DNA of 64,000 nt, from contig JBEPUZ010000001.1 in assembly GCA_041691275.1 (NCBI GenBank), forward strand, positions 21,400 through 85,399, read 5' to 3'. The DNA is from Actinomycetota bacterium. GTDB lineage: Bacteria; Actinomycetota; Acidimicrobiia; IMCC26256; PALSA-610. Positions 40,930-50,331 of the stretch are shown one piece after another (the first letter of the stretch is position 1; the number at the start of each line of letters is the position of its first letter). The position numbers were made by a program, and so were the translations under genes. The notes beneath the pieces are model-generated. The model was not told the DNA's origin, made no database searches, and worked only from the letters and a program-made list of their open reading frames with translations.

Positions 40930-41655
40930 ATGAACGACGTCGGCGTCATCGAACCGATCCCGGGCCAGCCCGGCCTCTTCCAGGATCCCTCTGCCCCGGG
41001 CAAGGTGATCAACATCCGCGACTTCCGCGAGGGCGACAAGTACGACTCGGTCGCGCTTCCGACCGGCGCGATCGCGTTCGGCACGACCTTCACGTTCTTC
41101 CAGAACCTGCAGGGCAAGAACAACGGCCCGCAGGGCAACCTCGACACGAACATCCGCACTCAGTCGAAGCTGAGCGCGGGCGAGTCGATGATCCTCGACC
41201 GCATCGGTCTGTACATCTGCGCGTCCACGGGCATCAGCTTCCCGTCGCCGCAGGACTACAAGACCATCGTCGACAACGCGTACTACCGCCTGAACATCAA
41301 CGGCCTCCTGCAGGACGAGGGCCCGGCGATCAAGTTCCCGAGCGGGTACGGTCTCTACGGCCAGACGCAGGAGAGCGGTCAGGGCATCGTCTCGATCGGC
41401 GTGCCGGCGACGGCGAGCGCGGCGCGCCTCATCCGCAAGCAGCTGCTGAACCAGAACCACGAGATCGAGGGAACGCTCACGTTCCCGCAGCGTCAGTGGC
41501 TCACGCAGGCCCCCTCGGCCGGCGGCGGCGGCTTCTCGACGGCGGCGCTCACGCCCACGATCGTGGTCCAGGCGCAGACCGAGCCCCCGAGCAACTGCGC
41601 GGTGGTCGTTCGGAACTTCCTCCACGGCCTCATCCGCTCGGCGGTCAGCAAGTGA
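40930..41655 (+). CDS. Putative major capsid protein (single jelly-roll type)
   Basis: 241 aa beta-rich ORF with YDS..FFQ..DTN..L..I motif, strongly biased codons and two downstream UUCG hairpins; fold is inferred. Confidence 0.55.
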   Translation: MNDVGVIEPIPGQPGLFQDPSAPGKVINIRDFREGDKYDSVALPTGAIAFGTTFTFFQNLQGKNNGPQGNLDTNIRTQSKLSAGESMILDRIGLYICASTGISFPSPQDYKTIVDNAYYRLNINGLLQDEGPAIKFPSGYGLYGQTQESGQGIVSIGVPATASAARLIRKQLLNQNHEIEGTLTFPQRQWLTQAPSAGGGGFSTAALTPTIVVQAQTEPPSNCAVVVRNFLHGLIRSAVSK

Positions 41656-41659
41656 GCTG

Positions 41660-41740
41660 AGGGGCTTCGGCCCCTTGCCCCATGCGCCCGGGCGCACAGC
41701 CAACAGGGTCCCGGCTTCGGTCGGGGCCCTGTTTGCTTTT
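41660..41740 (+). terminator. Two UUCG hairpins, the second an intrinsic terminator
   Basis: AGGGGC-TTCG-GCCCCT; AACAGGGTCCCGGC-TTCG-GTCGGGGCCCTGTT followed by TGCTTTT. Confidence 0.8.
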
Positions 41741-41772
41741 CTGGTACATTCGACTTCGGAGAAAGACGACCA

Positions 41773-42330
41773 ATGGAAGCGATCCTCGCCCTGCTGCAGC
41801 AGCTCCTCGACACTCTCAAGCAGATCGTCTTCCCTCCGAAGGGGGATGCGCGCGCGATCCCGCCGGGAGCGATCCTGACGTACTACGCCGACATCGCGTC
41901 TGGCGCGATCCGGCCCGAGGACGTCCGCTTCGAGGCCCTGACCTTCAAGATCATCGTCGATGCGACCGGGACCCCGGTGTTCACGAGTGACAAGGTCACC
42001 GTGATCGCTCGGTACAACCTGGCGATCCGGCGCATGTACTGCGCGCTGGCCGAGTCCATCGCCTCGCCCGCCGGCCAGTTCATCAACTTCAACGTCCTCG
42101 AACAGGCCCGCAACTTCTCGATCTTCAAGCGACCCGTCTCGATCGCGGCTGCGGCCCGAGCGAGCTCGGAGCCGTTCGCCTGGGATGGCGTCTACATCAC
42201 CGTCCCCGGCACGGATCTCGAGGTGTCGTGGTCGATCGACAGCGCGCTCTACGCGTCGCTCATCGGCTCGACGAAGCACGCGCAGATCGTCATCACGGGC
42301 GACTACATCGCGTGCGGGCCTCAGGGCTGA
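41773..42330 (+). CDS. Putative second/minor jelly-roll capsid protein
   Basis: 185 aa beta-rich ORF after the capsid candidate, ending AQIVITGDY. Confidence 0.5.
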   Translation: MEAILALLQQLLDTLKQIVFPPKGDARAIPPGAILTYYADIASGAIRPEDVRFEALTFKIIVDATGTPVFTSDKVTVIARYNLAIRRMYCALAESIASPAGQFINFNVLEQARNFSIFKRPVSIAAAARASSEPFAWDGVYITVPGTDLEVSWSIDSALYASLIGSTKHAQIVITGDYIACGPQG

Positions 42331-42333
42331 TCG

Positions 42334-42753
42334 ATGCACGATGACGGACAGGGCGGAGACGGCCGACGAGGTGGACCCAAGCCCCTCAGCGGGCTGTTCA
42401 CCGACGTCGAGCTCCGCGCGTACTTCGCGTCGGTCGTGGGCCAGTTCCGCGGCCCGTACGGCAAGCGCGGCGGCACAGGGGTGCTCCTGGCTGGGCAGTC
42501 GAAGGGCCTGGCCAACAACACCACCAAGGACCGAGTCCTGAGCGTGACCGTCACTCGCTCGGATCTCGGCGGCGTGCTGGCCAACGTCATCTTCTCGCAG
42601 AACCAATCCGGCGGCGCGTCGAACAACGACTTCCCCGTCGCATTCGGCGTCGACAGCCGCGAGCGGTTCGTGCTCAACCCCGGTGATCAGCTCTCGGTGC
42701 AGATCACGAGCGGCGGCCCCGCGACATTCGTGGTCGGCCAGGAAACACACTGA
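42334..42753 (+). CDS. Small beta-rich virion protein (penton/spike-like)
   Basis: RFVLNPGDQL motif shared with the next gene. Confidence 0.55.
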   Translation: MHDDGQGGDGRRGGPKPLSGLFTDVELRAYFASVVGQFRGPYGKRGGTGVLLAGQSKGLANNTTKDRVLSVTVTRSDLGGVLANVIFSQNQSGGASNNDFPVAFGVDSRERFVLNPGDQLSVQITSGGPATFVVGQETH

Positions 42754-43139
42754 TGTTCCTGTGGCTCATCATGCGAGCCCGTGCGCTGTTCACGGATGTG
42801 CAATGGCGCATGTACGCCGCCTCCGTCATCGGCCGGAACGGATTGCGCAATCCGTTCGGCGCTCGGCGCTCGTTCGTCGCGACCGTCAACACGCCTGTGC
42901 GCGTCGCGAAGAACGACTCGAAGGCTCGCGCGTTGCTGGTCAACGTGCAGCTGCTCAATGGCGCAGGCACCGCGACGTTCGCCGCGTCGCCGTCGATCGG
43001 AGCGACGGACATCTCGATCGACTGGGGAAAACCCGACGCACCGCAGTCAGGCCAGTTGTTCGTGCTCGCGCCTGACGACCAGTTGTTCGTGCTGGCGGGC
43101 CTGAATCAGGTCTTGGCCGTCGGACAGGAGTGGTACTGA
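42753..43139 (+). CDS. Small beta-rich virion protein, paralog of upstream gene
   Basis: LFTDV and LFVLAPDDQL...VGQE shared with 42334-42753. Confidence 0.55.
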   Translation: MFLWLIMRARALFTDVQWRMYAASVIGRNGLRNPFGARRSFVATVNTPVRVAKNDSKARALLVNVQLLNGAGTATFAASPSIGATDISIDWGKPDAPQSGQLFVLAPDDQLFVLAGLNQVLAVGQEWY

Positions 43140-43140
43140 G

Positions 43141-43878
43141 ATGGACGACCTCGATCGGTTCTTCCCCGTCGTCCCGCAGAACGTCCCGGCGGATGATCTG
43201 AGCGACTATCTGCGCATGTACGCGAACGAGGCCGGCGCCTTCGCGCGCTCGCAACAGCCCATCACGGTCAGTCGCATCGAGTCGACCGTCAACACCCGCA
43301 TGCCCGTCATGCGCACGCTTCAGGGCTTCTCGTTCGGGACCGTCGGACAGCCCCTCGGCGTCGATCCGAACAGCCTCGTCGACTCGAGCGGCAACCCGAT
43401 CGTCTCGGCGGTCTGGATCCAGCGCGCGCTCAACGCCGCAGGGATCCGCACGAACGTCGACGGCATCGTCGGCGGTCAGACGATGACGAACCTGCTGACC
43501 GTGTGGCGGAACCTCACCGCGAGCACGGCCCCGCAGCCGACCAAGCAGGTGACGGGGTCGCTGACGAGCCCCGGGACCGTGAAGATCCCCCGAGCGCTCC
43601 AGGACGTGCTCGCGGCGTACCCTCAGGTCGTCGATCCGCCGCCGCTGCCGGTCACTCCGCCCGCATCAAGCCCGCCCTCCCCGCAGACGCAGCCGCAGGT
43701 CAGCTACCCCAGCACCCAGGGCAGCCAGTTCACGGGCATCCTCGGCGTCGCGGTCGTCGGCGCGGTCGTGCTGGCGATCATGAACCGGAACAGCTCGGGC
43801 TCGACCTCGAGCGCGAGGCGGCTGCCCGTGCCGTCGTATCGCAAGTCAGAACGTCGGTCGGCGCGTAGCCGACGCTGA
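43141..43878 (+). CDS. Peptidoglycan-binding domain protein with C-terminal TM
   Basis: WIQRALN..VDGIVGGQT, Pro linker, TM, Arg-rich tail. Confidence 0.7.
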   Translation: MDDLDRFFPVVPQNVPADDLSDYLRMYANEAGAFARSQQPITVSRIESTVNTRMPVMRTLQGFSFGTVGQPLGVDPNSLVDSSGNPIVSAVWIQRALNAAGIRTNVDGIVGGQTMTNLLTVWRNLTASTAPQPTKQVTGSLTSPGTVKIPRALQDVLAAYPQVVDPPPLPVTPPASSPPSPQTQPQVSYPSTQGSQFTGILGVAVVGAVVLAIMNRNSSGSTSSARRLPVPSYRKSERRSARSRR

Positions 43879-43901
43879 ACCTTTCGCGGTAGGACACGAA
43901 C

Positions 43902-44810
43902 ATGACCGATTACATCGCCGTTCTCGATGGTCTGATGGCGAACCCGAACACCCAGCAGGTCGGCCAGGCCTACCAGGGCCGCAGCCTCGTCTCGCAGGCC
44001 GGATGGGTCGGTCAGACGCGCAACGTTTCCGGCTCCGGTGGCGCGAACTACTCGGGCGGCTCGAGCTTCTACCCAGGCGCCCCGACGCTTCCGAGCTCGG
44101 AGGGCCTCGCGGGCATGGAAGAGGGCTGGATGAACGACTCCACCCCGCAGACCGATCCGCAGGCCGACTACCACAGCTACCTCTCGGCGTTCTCGGCGAG
44201 CCCGTACGTGATGTCGGGCATCGGCGACGCCGACGCGACGCAGGCGACTGGCTACCAGGGCCGCAGCCTCACCTCGCAGGCGGGCTGGGTCGGTCAGACC
44301 CGCAACGTCTCCGGCTCCGGCGGAGCAAACTACTCGGGCGGCTCGAGCTTCTTCCCCGGTGCGCCGACGCTTCCGTCGAGCGAAGGCCTCGCGTCGCTCG
44401 AGCGCGCGTTCGGCAACGCCGGTCTCGTCCAGTCGGCCGACGCGGCGTACCACGCCCAGTCCGGCTACGTGACGCGGAACGTCTCGGCGTCCGGTGGCGC
44501 GAACTACTCGGGCGGATCGAGCTTCTTCCCCGGCGCTCCGACGCTCCCGTCGAGTGAAGGGCTCGCTCGCGCGACGCTGCGTGGCCTGCTCGGCCTCGGC
44601 GTCGATCCGATGCGTGCCGCGGCGGGCGTCATGCGCGCTCGTCCCGTGTTCGTCGTCGACGTCAACAACCCGTGCGGCTCGGCGTACGACGCCGCCTTCA
44701 AGTCGGCGATGGCCTCCGGCTACGACAACGCGTGGGCGCAGATGGCGGCCCAGCGCGTCGCCGAGCGCTGCATGGCGGTCGGCTGGGATCTGTTCGCGAC
44801 GAAGGCCTGA
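43902..44810 (+). CDS. Protein with three internal repeats
   Basis: TRNVS(G/A)SGGANYSGGSSF(Y/F)PGAPTLPSSEGLA x3. Confidence 0.75.
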   Translation: MTDYIAVLDGLMANPNTQQVGQAYQGRSLVSQAGWVGQTRNVSGSGGANYSGGSSFYPGAPTLPSSEGLAGMEEGWMNDSTPQTDPQADYHSYLSAFSASPYVMSGIGDADATQATGYQGRSLTSQAGWVGQTRNVSGSGGANYSGGSSFFPGAPTLPSSEGLASLERAFGNAGLVQSADAAYHAQSGYVTRNVSASGGANYSGGSSFFPGAPTLPSSEGLARATLRGLLGLGVDPMRAAAGVMRARPVFVVDVNNPCGSAYDAAFKSAMASGYDNAWAQMAAQRVAERCMAVGWDLFATKA

Positions 44811-44818
44811 GGCCGTCC

Positions 44819-46897
44819 GTGAGCCGTGAGCTCGCGGAATACCTGAACGCGTACAGTGCCGGCCCGATCAGCGGGTTCGGCCTGACGGTCGGGCCTCTTC
44901 CGTCTTCGATTCGGCCGATCGCGCCGCCCGGCGCACCCCCCGCGCTGACGCCCCAGGCGACGCAGCAGATCACGGACCGTCTCGCAGCTGCAATCGCGCC
45001 CGTCCTTGCAACAGCTGCGGCTGCTGTCACCTCGGCGGCCGCGCTGGACTCGCAGATGTGGTCGCTGGACGCGCAGTGGCGATTGAACGCGCAGTGGGGC
45101 GACATGCGCTCCTGCGTGCGAATCGTCAACGTGGACGGGACGGTCGGGACATCGTCATGGGTCGACGGCACCTGCAAGAACCTGGTCGGCAACGATGTCG
45201 CCGCCACGTGCAACTGGGGCCTTTGGCGGCTGGGCAAGTGCGACATCGCCACGGCCACTACGCTGTCTTTCCAGTTTCCTCGGTACTTGTGGGCGCAATC
45301 CCGCATGAGGGACATGCTCGCTAACACGCCGCGGCCCGGGGTGACGTCGGCGCAGGACACCGCCGATTGGTGCTGGAACGCAGCGCAGTTGGTCTCGGTG
45401 CTGCTCTGGTCCACCAACGTCCGTTTCGACACGGAGTCTGGGCAGTTCGCGTCGGACATGGCGGCAGCCATCGATCCAACCGCAGTTAGACTGGATGGCA
45501 AGAACATCCGGCCCAGCCTCCCAGGCGGCACAGGGTTGCTGCCTACCGACATCTCGCGACTCGATCAGACGGGGCTGGGCGAGTCGCGAATGCAGGGAGG
45601 CGGCATTCAAGCCGCGGCGCCGCCTGACTACGATGGCGCAGCGCTGGTGCCTGGGCGGGCCATCGTCGCCGTTCGTTGGCCCCTGAACGTCAGAGTCTGG
45701 AACTACGTCGGCAATGTCGGCGTGACGGCACACGGCGCATACCCGGCTACACGCGCGTACTTCGATCCGGCGTTCGCGCCCGTATGGACGACGAATCTGG
45801 TGGATGACGGAGGGAGCCACCTCGACCTCCCGTTCACCTTCAGCGACGTGCAGGCGGTGCAGGCGCAGCAGCGCGCCGTCGCCCCGGACATCTCGCTTCA
45901 GCGACGCATCGCGTTCAACAAGTTCATCCTCTACACGTGGGGCGATGGCCGTCTGTGGCGCGCCTACGGAGCGCCGGTCTATCTCGGCTTCGACACCGCT
46001 CTAGGCACGCCGCTTCAAGTGGTGTACGGCACGGCGCAGACGGTGGTGAACGACTACGTACGATTGCTCCAGTTCTATTCGGATCCGTCGCGCGACTACA
46101 TCACCTGGATCCACAACGCGATTCAGATGTGGAACCTGCGGACCCCGGTGCAGTTGACATCGCCGGCTGCGGCCGACTTCGTCAACGCGAAGACGGCTCT
46201 GATGCAGAGCGCAGCTCAGGCGAAGGCCCAGTACGACACCGCAGCGCACTCGACCACTGGCGCCACGGTGTCGAGTATCGTGTTCACGGCGGTGAGCTCC
46301 ATCCTCTCGATGATCGGAGGCATCGGCGCCGTGCTCGCCTACGCGCTGCAGATCCTTCAGCAGCTCGAGGGCTTCCTGGCCAACGCGATGAGCACGACGA
46401 TCCCGCCGTGCGCCGCATTCCCCTTCATCCGAGTTCTTGCTCCGGCTTCAGGCGGCTGCGACCTGAGCCAGGACGCGATCGAGTCCGCCTTGCTCGGGAT
46501 CGACTCGAACGCCACGTGGCCGGTCTCGGTCGCGGGCCTGACGCGCGCCTTCGTCGTCGACGCGGTCCCGTTCACGGTGACGTTTCAGGCGGGCGACTCG
46601 ACCCCCGACGCGGTCGCGCGACGGATCAACGCCGCCGCGGCGCTCGTGGGGCTCGGTGCGGTCGCGTCGGTCGTGAACGGCCAGGTCCACGTCCAAGGCT
46701 CGGATCCGACGAAACCTCCCGTCACCGCGACCGGAGGCACGGCGGCCGCGCTCCGGTTCCCCGGCCCGACAACCGCGCCTCCGACCGGCGGTCAGCCTCC
46801 GACCGGGGGCCCGCCCGCGACTTCGTCGGCCCCGAAGTCGAGCTCGGCACCTTGGCTGGTCGGAGCCGCGCTGCTCGCGTGGCGGTTCTTGCGGTAG
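44819..46897 (+). CDS. Large membrane-anchored virion protein (possible entry/receptor-binding)
   Basis: About 690 aa, internal hydrophobic hairpin, C-terminal Pro/Thr linker and TM. Confidence 0.65.
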   Translation: MSRELAEYLNAYSAGPISGFGLTVGPLPSSIRPIAPPGAPPALTPQATQQITDRLAAAIAPVLATAAAAVTSAAALDSQMWSLDAQWRLNAQWGDMRSCVRIVNVDGTVGTSSWVDGTCKNLVGNDVAATCNWGLWRLGKCDIATATTLSFQFPRYLWAQSRMRDMLANTPRPGVTSAQDTADWCWNAAQLVSVLLWSTNVRFDTESGQFASDMAAAIDPTAVRLDGKNIRPSLPGGTGLLPTDISRLDQTGLGESRMQGGGIQAAAPPDYDGAALVPGRAIVAVRWPLNVRVWNYVGNVGVTAHGAYPATRAYFDPAFAPVWTTNLVDDGGSHLDLPFTFSDVQAVQAQQRAVAPDISLQRRIAFNKFILYTWGDGRLWRAYGAPVYLGFDTALGTPLQVVYGTAQTVVNDYVRLLQFYSDPSRDYITWIHNAIQMWNLRTPVQLTSPAAADFVNAKTALMQSAAQAKAQYDTAAHSTTGATVSSIVFTAVSSILSMIGGIGAVLAYALQILQQLEGFLANAMSTTIPPCAAFPFIRVLAPASGGCDLSQDAIESALLGIDSNATWPVSVAGLTRAFVVDAVPFTVTFQAGDSTPDAVARRINAAAALVGLGAVASVVNGQVHVQGSDPTKPPVTATGGTAAALRFPGPTTAPPTGGQPPTGGPPATSSAPKSSSAPWLVGAALLAWRFLR

Positions 46898-46906
46898 GAT
46901 GGCGAC

Positions 46907-47872
46907 ATGACGAAGCTGGGATGCTGCGGGCAGAGCCGTGTTTCGCTCCGAGGGATGATCTCGGAGGCGGACACGTACCCGGCGAACACCGCTCGCGGAC
47001 GAGTCGCGCGTCAGAAGCTCGCATACGCCGTCGCGGCCGGCCGCGCCGCGCAGATCGGCAACAAGGTCGCGTACTCGAGGGCGATGAACGGTCTCGGGAG
47101 CCTCGGCGGGCTCGGGACGTTCACGGCGGGCTCGGCCGCATTCTCAACCGCAGCCGCCCGCGTGACTGCCGCCGCGCACGCCGCGACTGCGACGCCCACG
47201 CCTGTTCCCGCAGCGTCGCTCGGGTCGCAGCTCTCGACGTACACCTCGCTGGTCGCCGGCCTGATCAACATCGGGACGAGCATCGCGCGAACCGCCGGCG
47301 GCGACCCCAACGTCACCGCAGCCATCGATATGGTCGTGGGGTGGTTGCGCGCCATTCTGACCGGAAGCAGCACGGTGACGATCCCGACGCTCACGCCAGA
47401 TCTGCTCAACGGGCTCGCCGACTTCTGTGCGCACAAGGATCAGATCCAGAACCCGATCGACCTCGGGCTGACAGCCATCGCGTCCGTGGTGCGAGGCGTA
47501 GGTATCGCCAGTCGAGACACGGGAGCCCAGGCGGCTGCAGATGCGATCGACCTCGTACGAGGTCGTGCTGTGGGGCTGCTCAACAGCCTGTGCACGGCGG
47601 TCGTAGCCGCAGGGGGTGTCGCGCCCGTGGACTGCTCGTCGATCGCGCACGCGGTCTACGATGCAGCGCAGGGCGGTTGCGTGTGCGGGCCGAACTTCAT
47701 GGCGAGCCCGACGGTTGCCGACACGTGCATTCCGGCGCCGGTCGTCTTCGTTCGGACGGGTGGATCGACTACGACGTACATCCCGACGGTGTTCCATCCA
47801 GCGGCCGCGAAGAACTCGATCGTGGTTCCGGCGGCGGCTGCGGCTGCGGCTCTCTGGTGGTTCCTCAAATAG
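46907..47872 (+). CDS. Membrane-anchored protein with EGF-like Cys cluster
   Basis: MNGLGSLGGLG; C..HAVY....CVC...C; C-terminal AAAALWWFLK. Confidence 0.65.
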   Translation: MTKLGCCGQSRVSLRGMISEADTYPANTARGRVARQKLAYAVAAGRAAQIGNKVAYSRAMNGLGSLGGLGTFTAGSAAFSTAAARVTAAAHAATATPTPVPAASLGSQLSTYTSLVAGLINIGTSIARTAGGDPNVTAAIDMVVGWLRAILTGSSTVTIPTLTPDLLNGLADFCAHKDQIQNPIDLGLTAIASVVRGVGIASRDTGAQAAADAIDLVRGRAVGLLNSLCTAVVAAGGVAPVDCSSIAHAVYDAAQGGCVCGPNFMASPTVADTCIPAPVVFVRTGGSTTTYIPTVFHPAAAKNSIVVPAAAAAAALWWFLK

Positions 47873-47914
47873 GCGACGTTGCGGTCCTAGACCGCGTAGT
47901 GGTAGGAGAATCTC

Positions 47915-48055
47915 ATGGCGTGCAAGAACATCCGGGTGAAGGGTCACATGGTCAAGGCGCATCGCGTGAAGGCGAAGACGTCGGGCCGACACAAGCACAA
48001 GGCCTACACGGTGAAGGCTCACCGCGTCCCGGCCCACACGCGCAAGGTCTGCTGA
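47915..48055 (+). CDS. 46-aa Lys/His-rich protein; absent from ORF track
   Basis: MACKNIRVKGHMVKAHRVKAK...VKAHRVPAHTRKVC*; AGGAG upstream. Confidence 0.7.
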   Translation: MACKNIRVKGHMVKAHRVKAKTSGRHKHKAYTVKAHRVPAHTRKVC

Positions 48056-48131
48056 CCTTTCGCCGCCCCCGTCGTCTCGGACCCGCTTGAGCGGGTTCGT
48101 CGGTCAACCTCGTTCGCTCGGAGATTCGATC

Positions 48132-48230
48132 ATGAAGGCAGGAACCTGCAAGTGCGTCAAGGGTGGCCGGAAGCTCTGCAAGGGCAAGAACGGCAAGGTC
48201 CAGTTCACCAAGGGCAAGTGTCGTCGCTGA
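48132..48230 (+). CDS. 32-aa Lys/Cys protein; absent from ORF track
   Basis: MKAGTCKCVKGGRKLCKGKNGKVQFTKGKCRR*; GGAG RBS. Confidence 0.65.
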   Translation: MKAGTCKCVKGGRKLCKGKNGKVQFTKGKCRR

Positions 48231-48249
48231 GCGACGCACGCTGAACCCC

Positions 48250-48402
48250 ATGGCCCGCAAGAAGAAGTCCGCACGCAAGGCCAAGCCCACCAAGGCGGGT
48301 TGCGGCTGCCCTGCGGGCGCCAAGCGCTATTCGACGAAGGGACGCGGACGTGGTTTCGCGTGCCTGAAGAACGGCAAGTTCGTGAAGGCAGTCGGCTGCT
48401 GA
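48250..48402 (+). CDS. 50-aa Lys/Cys protein
   Basis: MARKKKS..CGCPAG..STKGRGRGFAC..FVKAVGC; paralog at 11621. Confidence 0.75.
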   Translation: MARKKKSARKAKPTKAGCGCPAGAKRYSTKGRGRGFACLKNGKFVKAVGC

Positions 48403-48421
48403 GCCGACAGAGGAGTCCCTC

Positions 48422-48730
48422 GTGGCATCGAAGAAGACGAAGCGGAAGACGACGAAGCGCTGCCCGCCGTGCACCGCCGCGTCGATGGCGCGAGCGGAGT
48501 TCAGCTCTGCGATCCGTGGCGGACACTGCTCGGTCGCGAGCCGCGAGCTCGACAAGATCAAGAGCGAGATCAGCAAGAAGGTCGACAACATGGGCAAGGG
48601 CGCACGCGCTCTCGCGTACCGCGACCTGCTGCACAAGCAGGACGCCGTGAACCGCTGCTCGGAGCGCCGCGAGACGTCCGACGCGAGCCGCTTCAACGGC
48701 CTGCGTTCGCGCCGTCGTCGGGCGCGCTGA
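48422..48730 (+). CDS. Basic protein
   Basis: MASKKTKRK...FNGLRSRRRRAR; GAGGAG RBS. Confidence 0.65.
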   Translation: MASKKTKRKTTKRCPPCTAASMARAEFSSAIRGGHCSVASRELDKIKSEISKKVDNMGKGARALAYRDLLHKQDAVNRCSERRETSDASRFNGLRSRRRRAR

Positions 48731-48773
48731 GCCCGCGCTCGCGCCGCGTCGCGCGATGATGTAGCCTCCCGGC

Positions 48774-48974
48774 ATGGAAGACGTGCACATCGCGCACTGG
48801 TCGCAGTGGCTCGCAGCTCGTCAGGCCGTGCACCATCCAGAGCGAGAACCCGACGGCAAACCGTGGCAGCTCTTCTACTCGGCGCCAATGCGCAGCTGGC
48901 TGAAGGCGTACCGCGTCTCACCCACTCACATGCGCGCCGAGCGCCACAGTCAGTGTCCTTGTCGCTTTTCGTGA
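48774..48974 (+). CDS. Hypothetical protein
   Basis: TAGCCT 6 nt upstream. Confidence 0.45.
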   Translation: MEDVHIAHWSQWLAARQAVHHPEREPDGKPWQLFYSAPMRSWLKAYRVSPTHMRAERHSQCPCRFS

Positions 48975-48981
48975 GGCTGCG

Positions 48982-49182
48982 ATGAAGTGGTGCATGGCGG
49001 CGCCGACCGCGTTCAAGACGAAGCGCGAGGCGCAGGCCATAGCCCGCAAGAAGGGATTCGCGCGCGTCACTCGAGCGTCGTTCCTGGCCTTCGCGAAGCG
49101 GAAGGGCCATGCGCACCCGCAGCCCGTGCAGAAGCGCCTCTGGGTCATCGAGGTGCCTTGCTCGACTCGTGGTAGGGTCTGA
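48982..49182 (+). CDS. Small basic protein
   Basis: FKTKREAQAIARKKG motif. Confidence 0.5.
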   Translation: MKWCMAAPTAFKTKREAQAIARKKGFARVTRASFLAFAKRKGHAHPQPVQKRLWVIEVPCSTRGRV

Positions 49183-49184
49183 CC

Positions 49185-49331
49185 ATGTTGATCCCCTTCG
49201 CACTCGGCTGGGCCGGCGGCTACCTGACGTGGAAGACGCTCGTGCCGACCGTGTGCCCGTCACGCAAGGGCGCGGGCCTCTACGGTTTGGCGAAGAAACC
49301 CCGCCGGACGAGTCGGGCGTCACGCCGCTGA
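49185..49331 (+). CDS. 48-aa TM plus basic-tail microprotein; absent from ORF track
   Basis: MLIPFALGWAGGYLTWK...GLYGLAKKPRRTSRASRR*; TGG-TAGGGT 6 nt upstream. Confidence 0.6.
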   Translation: MLIPFALGWAGGYLTWKTLVPTVCPSRKGAGLYGLAKKPRRTSRASRR

Positions 49332-49366
49332 TCTGGGTCGAGTCGGCCGTGTGGTAAGGTGATCGC

Positions 49367-49708
49367 ATGCTCGGAGCTCTCGCACTGCTCGGACTCGCGG
49401 CCCTGGCCGGCGGCGGCCGACGTCGAGGTCTCGGCGATGCGCCGCAGCTGCCGAGCGGAGATCCAGTTCGGGTTCCGGACTCGACGACCGTCTACCTCCT
49501 CCAGCCGCGCACGTTCGCGCACCCGGCCATTGCCGCGCAGGTCGAGGCTCGAGCGGAGTCCGAGGGCGGGCAGTGGGCCGTGGTCCCGTCGAGCGGCTGG
49601 GCCGGGGCCAAGCACTTCGTCACGGCGAAGGCGGCGCGCAGCGCGTTGAACGCGGCGGGCTACAAGGGGCCGTACGGCAAGGGCGCTTCGAGCCGGTGGA
49701 CGAGATGA
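49367..49708 (+). CDS. Signal-anchor protein with RRRGLG junction
   Basis: MLGALALLGLAALAGGGRRRGLGD; TAAGGT 6 nt upstream. Confidence 0.6.
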   Translation: MLGALALLGLAALAGGGRRRGLGDAPQLPSGDPVRVPDSTTVYLLQPRTFAHPAIAAQVEARAESEGGQWAVVPSSGWAGAKHFVTAKAARSALNAAGYKGPYGKGASSRWTR

Positions 49709-49880
49709 TGACCTACATCGTCATGGCGTTCGCCGGTGCCGCGATCTACGCCGGGGCGCAGCCGCCGTCGAAGCCGGAGTCGCAACTGGTCAGAGAGACG
49801 CGAGAGTGGTTCGAGCGTCGAGATCGCGAACGAGCCGAGTCGCGCCGCAAAGCCGCAGCAGCCGATCGTCGGGGGTACCG

Positions 49881-50018
49881 ATGAAGAAGCCGAAGAGGGG
49901 CGACTGCGTCTGTCGACGTACGAAGCGCGGCGCGCGCTCGTTCTGCCGACGCTACGACGGTCGTGTCGAGATCCACGGCGCGTGCAAGCCGCGCCGTGCC
50001 AGATCGAGGGTCTCGTGA
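49881..50018 (+). CDS. 45-aa Arg/Cys protein
   Basis: MKKPKRGDCVCRRTKRGARSFCRRYDGRVEIHGACK, similar Cys pattern to 48132. Confidence 0.55.
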   Translation: MKKPKRGDCVCRRTKRGARSFCRRYDGRVEIHGACKPRRARSRVS

Positions 50019-50331
50019 TCATCACCTTCACCCTCCTCGCAGGCCTTCTCGCCATGATCCTGAACGGCTATTGCGCCGAGTGCAGCGGAGCGGACGTCTC
50101 GTTGGCGCCCATCTACGTCCAGGTGATGCTCGGGTTGATGGCGCTTCTCGTGCTCGCGACGACGCCATACGGCGCCTTCGTGGAGAATCTCGGATCCGGC
50201 GCTCGGGTTGAAGATCAGATGAAGCGCTACGGAGTGGATGGAGTCTGGCACCTCGCGAGGAAGTGCCCGCTCAAGTCGTGCGCTTGCGGCTGCGGCGGGC
50301 CACTCATCGATCTGGATCCGCCCGAGGCGCC

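Noticed and set aside
43902-44810. RiPP precursor with repeated core peptides
   Set aside because: No modifying enzymes or transporter nearby; context is a virion module
44819-46897. Tape-measure or tail protein of a tailed phage
   Set aside because: No tape-measure repeats, has a C-terminal TM anchor, and no neighbouring tail or baseplate genes
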